DNA of 52,784 nucleotides from Perkinsus olseni (Eukaryota): NCBI GenBank assembly GCA_013115125.1, contig JABANN010000212.1, positions 1 to 52,784 of the forward strand, read 5' to 3'. Shown piece by piece: positions 51,422 to 52,784 of this stretch (position 1 is its first letter; each line of letters starts with the position of its first letter). The notes under the pieces were generated by a model. It saw only the letters and a program-made list of their open reading frames with translations, ran no database searches and was not told where the DNA came from. The position numbers and the translations under genes were made by a program.

Positions 51422-52387
51422 ATGGTCTTCCAGCTCCCTCATCATTTCGAGGCTCTCCGCTGCATGACCATCGAAAGGCTGTGGGATGGCCATCACGCCC
51501 GGCAGCCGATGCACGACCTCATGGGTGACATAATGGGGTATTGTAGGAAGCCGGAGCTGAGCTTGGATTGCCCCCGTGAAGAGATACTTACTAATCAGTC
51601 TTCTTCGGTGGACTTCATGTTCACCGACAACGACACCGTATATGGTGTTTGCAAGGTTGGATCGGAAATCATGCTGTGCAGAATTTCCGCATTTTCTACA
51701 ACCAGGGTGTCGGGTCTGTGTACTGGTGTTACCGAAAGGAAAGCTTGGACATGTTACTTCGACCCGAACAACCGCAAGCTGTATGTATTGTGCGAGAATG
51801 GAGGTGCACTGTTTCAGCACGATATGGGTGGTGGGAAGACGGACGGGCCTCTCATGATCGACCAATTCCCACCGTCCGAGGCTAAGCTGGTTGGGATGAT
51901 TGCCCTTGATGATTCGCTCTATGTTGCAATGTACCGCTTGGACTATGGTTCTACCACTGGGATACGTGTTTACTCAGTACAGTTTGTCCCTAACAGTGAA
52001 GTTCGGCCAGTCTACAACATACCTAAGCAGAACAACGACAACACGTTCTCATTTATTGGTTTCAGTCGGGTGCCCGGTTCCTCCGAAGCTGTTGGAGCTG
52101 TTGACATTCGATACAAGTCCAACTCGAAGTGGCACTCAGCTAGGATCAGCGTGATCAGATCGAGCGAACCTAGGCTGTTCAGCACCAGGATGGATGAAGC
52201 TGTTGAGGCTCAAGGGATCCAAGGCTCCCTCGTCGCGCGTACGGCAGGGGTGAACCATTTCCTGGTTGACGAAGGTGATCACTACGTCCTACGCCGTCGT
52301 CGCGGGCTCAGAAAGGCAGCGACAATTCGTGGGACAATTCGCGAGAAGTCACTGCCATACTTTTCCCCAATAATCTTCGACCGCTGA
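51422..52387 (+). CDS. Lineage-specific hypothetical protein (beta-rich), intronless
   Basis: 321-aa ORF from the ATG shared with the upstream paralog; no recognisable family motif. Confidence 0.75.
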   Translation: MVFQLPHHFEALRCMTIERLWDGHHARQPMHDLMGDIMGYCRKPELSLDCPREEILTNQSSSVDFMFTDNDTVYGVCKVGSEIMLCRISAFSTTRVSGLCTGVTERKAWTCYFDPNNRKLYVLCENGGALFQHDMGGGKTDGPLMIDQFPPSEAKLVGMIALDDSLYVAMYRLDYGSTTGIRVYSVQFVPNSEVRPVYNIPKQNNDNTFSFIGFSRVPGSSEAVGAVDIRYKSNSKWHSARISVIRSSEPRLFSTRMDEAVEAQGIQGSLVARTAGVNHFLVDEGDHYVLRRRRGLRKAATIRGTIREKSLPYFSPIIFDR

Positions 52388-52784
52388 ACCTTCTTCTACA
52401 TCGGGGAGGGCATAACGGGAGATAAATGTTTGATACGATGCCACCCCTATCTTATGTGAGATACGGGTTATCAGCTTTTTAACTAGAAATAATATTTTCA
52501 CATTCCCAACGATGTTACGGAGGTACGGCATTTGAGGAAGTATTGTCGCAGCAAATGGTAGCCTTCGAAGAGCCGTAGACTATAAATGTTGGGAATACTG
52601 TGTTGTGTTGACGGTACTTGTAAATTGGTGGTGCCATTGGCCCAGTGATCATGACCACAAGGGGGTCGATCCTAAGCAGGATCGTGTGTATATCCTTAGC
52701 TCGATGCCACCTACAGTGTGTGCCATTTTGATATGCAAATCGCTAAAATTGAGATAACTCTGTTGGTACGAAGCTTTGACATGT

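Overview
This is eukaryotic, gene-dense protist DNA with many short (40-70 nt) GT-AG introns and tightly packed, co-oriented genes; the style is most consistent with a Perkinsus-like alveolate (inference). Gene models were built by reading across introns. There are three directional gene clusters. (1) A + cluster (0.9-20.6 kb): TatD 3' part, an NRPS-like A-TM-T-C protein, two tetraspanin-like genes, a nurim/MddA-like protein, a hidden 110-aa membrane protein, NDOR1, a BRAWNIN/UQCC6-like microprotein, GINS Psf3 and BBS9. (2) A - cluster (30.4 down to ~20.9 kb): a TDRD3/RMI1-like gene, two near-identical secreted Cys-rich genes in a tandem duplication with tRNA-Gly, and a coiled-coil gene with tRNA-Phe inside an intron. 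(3) A second + cluster (33.6-52.4 kb): two SPFH genes, a CHD remodeller, DUF2009, tRNA-Arg and two lineage-specific paralogs. Most notable: (a) a ~220-bp element present as mirror-image copies just upstream of the first gene on each side of the divergent strand switch, starting with a tRNA-like B-box and ending in a 22-bp-period motif pair (candidate cluster promoter or boundary); (b) several short spliceosomal introns made largely of isolated tRNA 3' halves; (c) an NRPS-like enzyme with a membrane domain between its adenylation and carrier domains.
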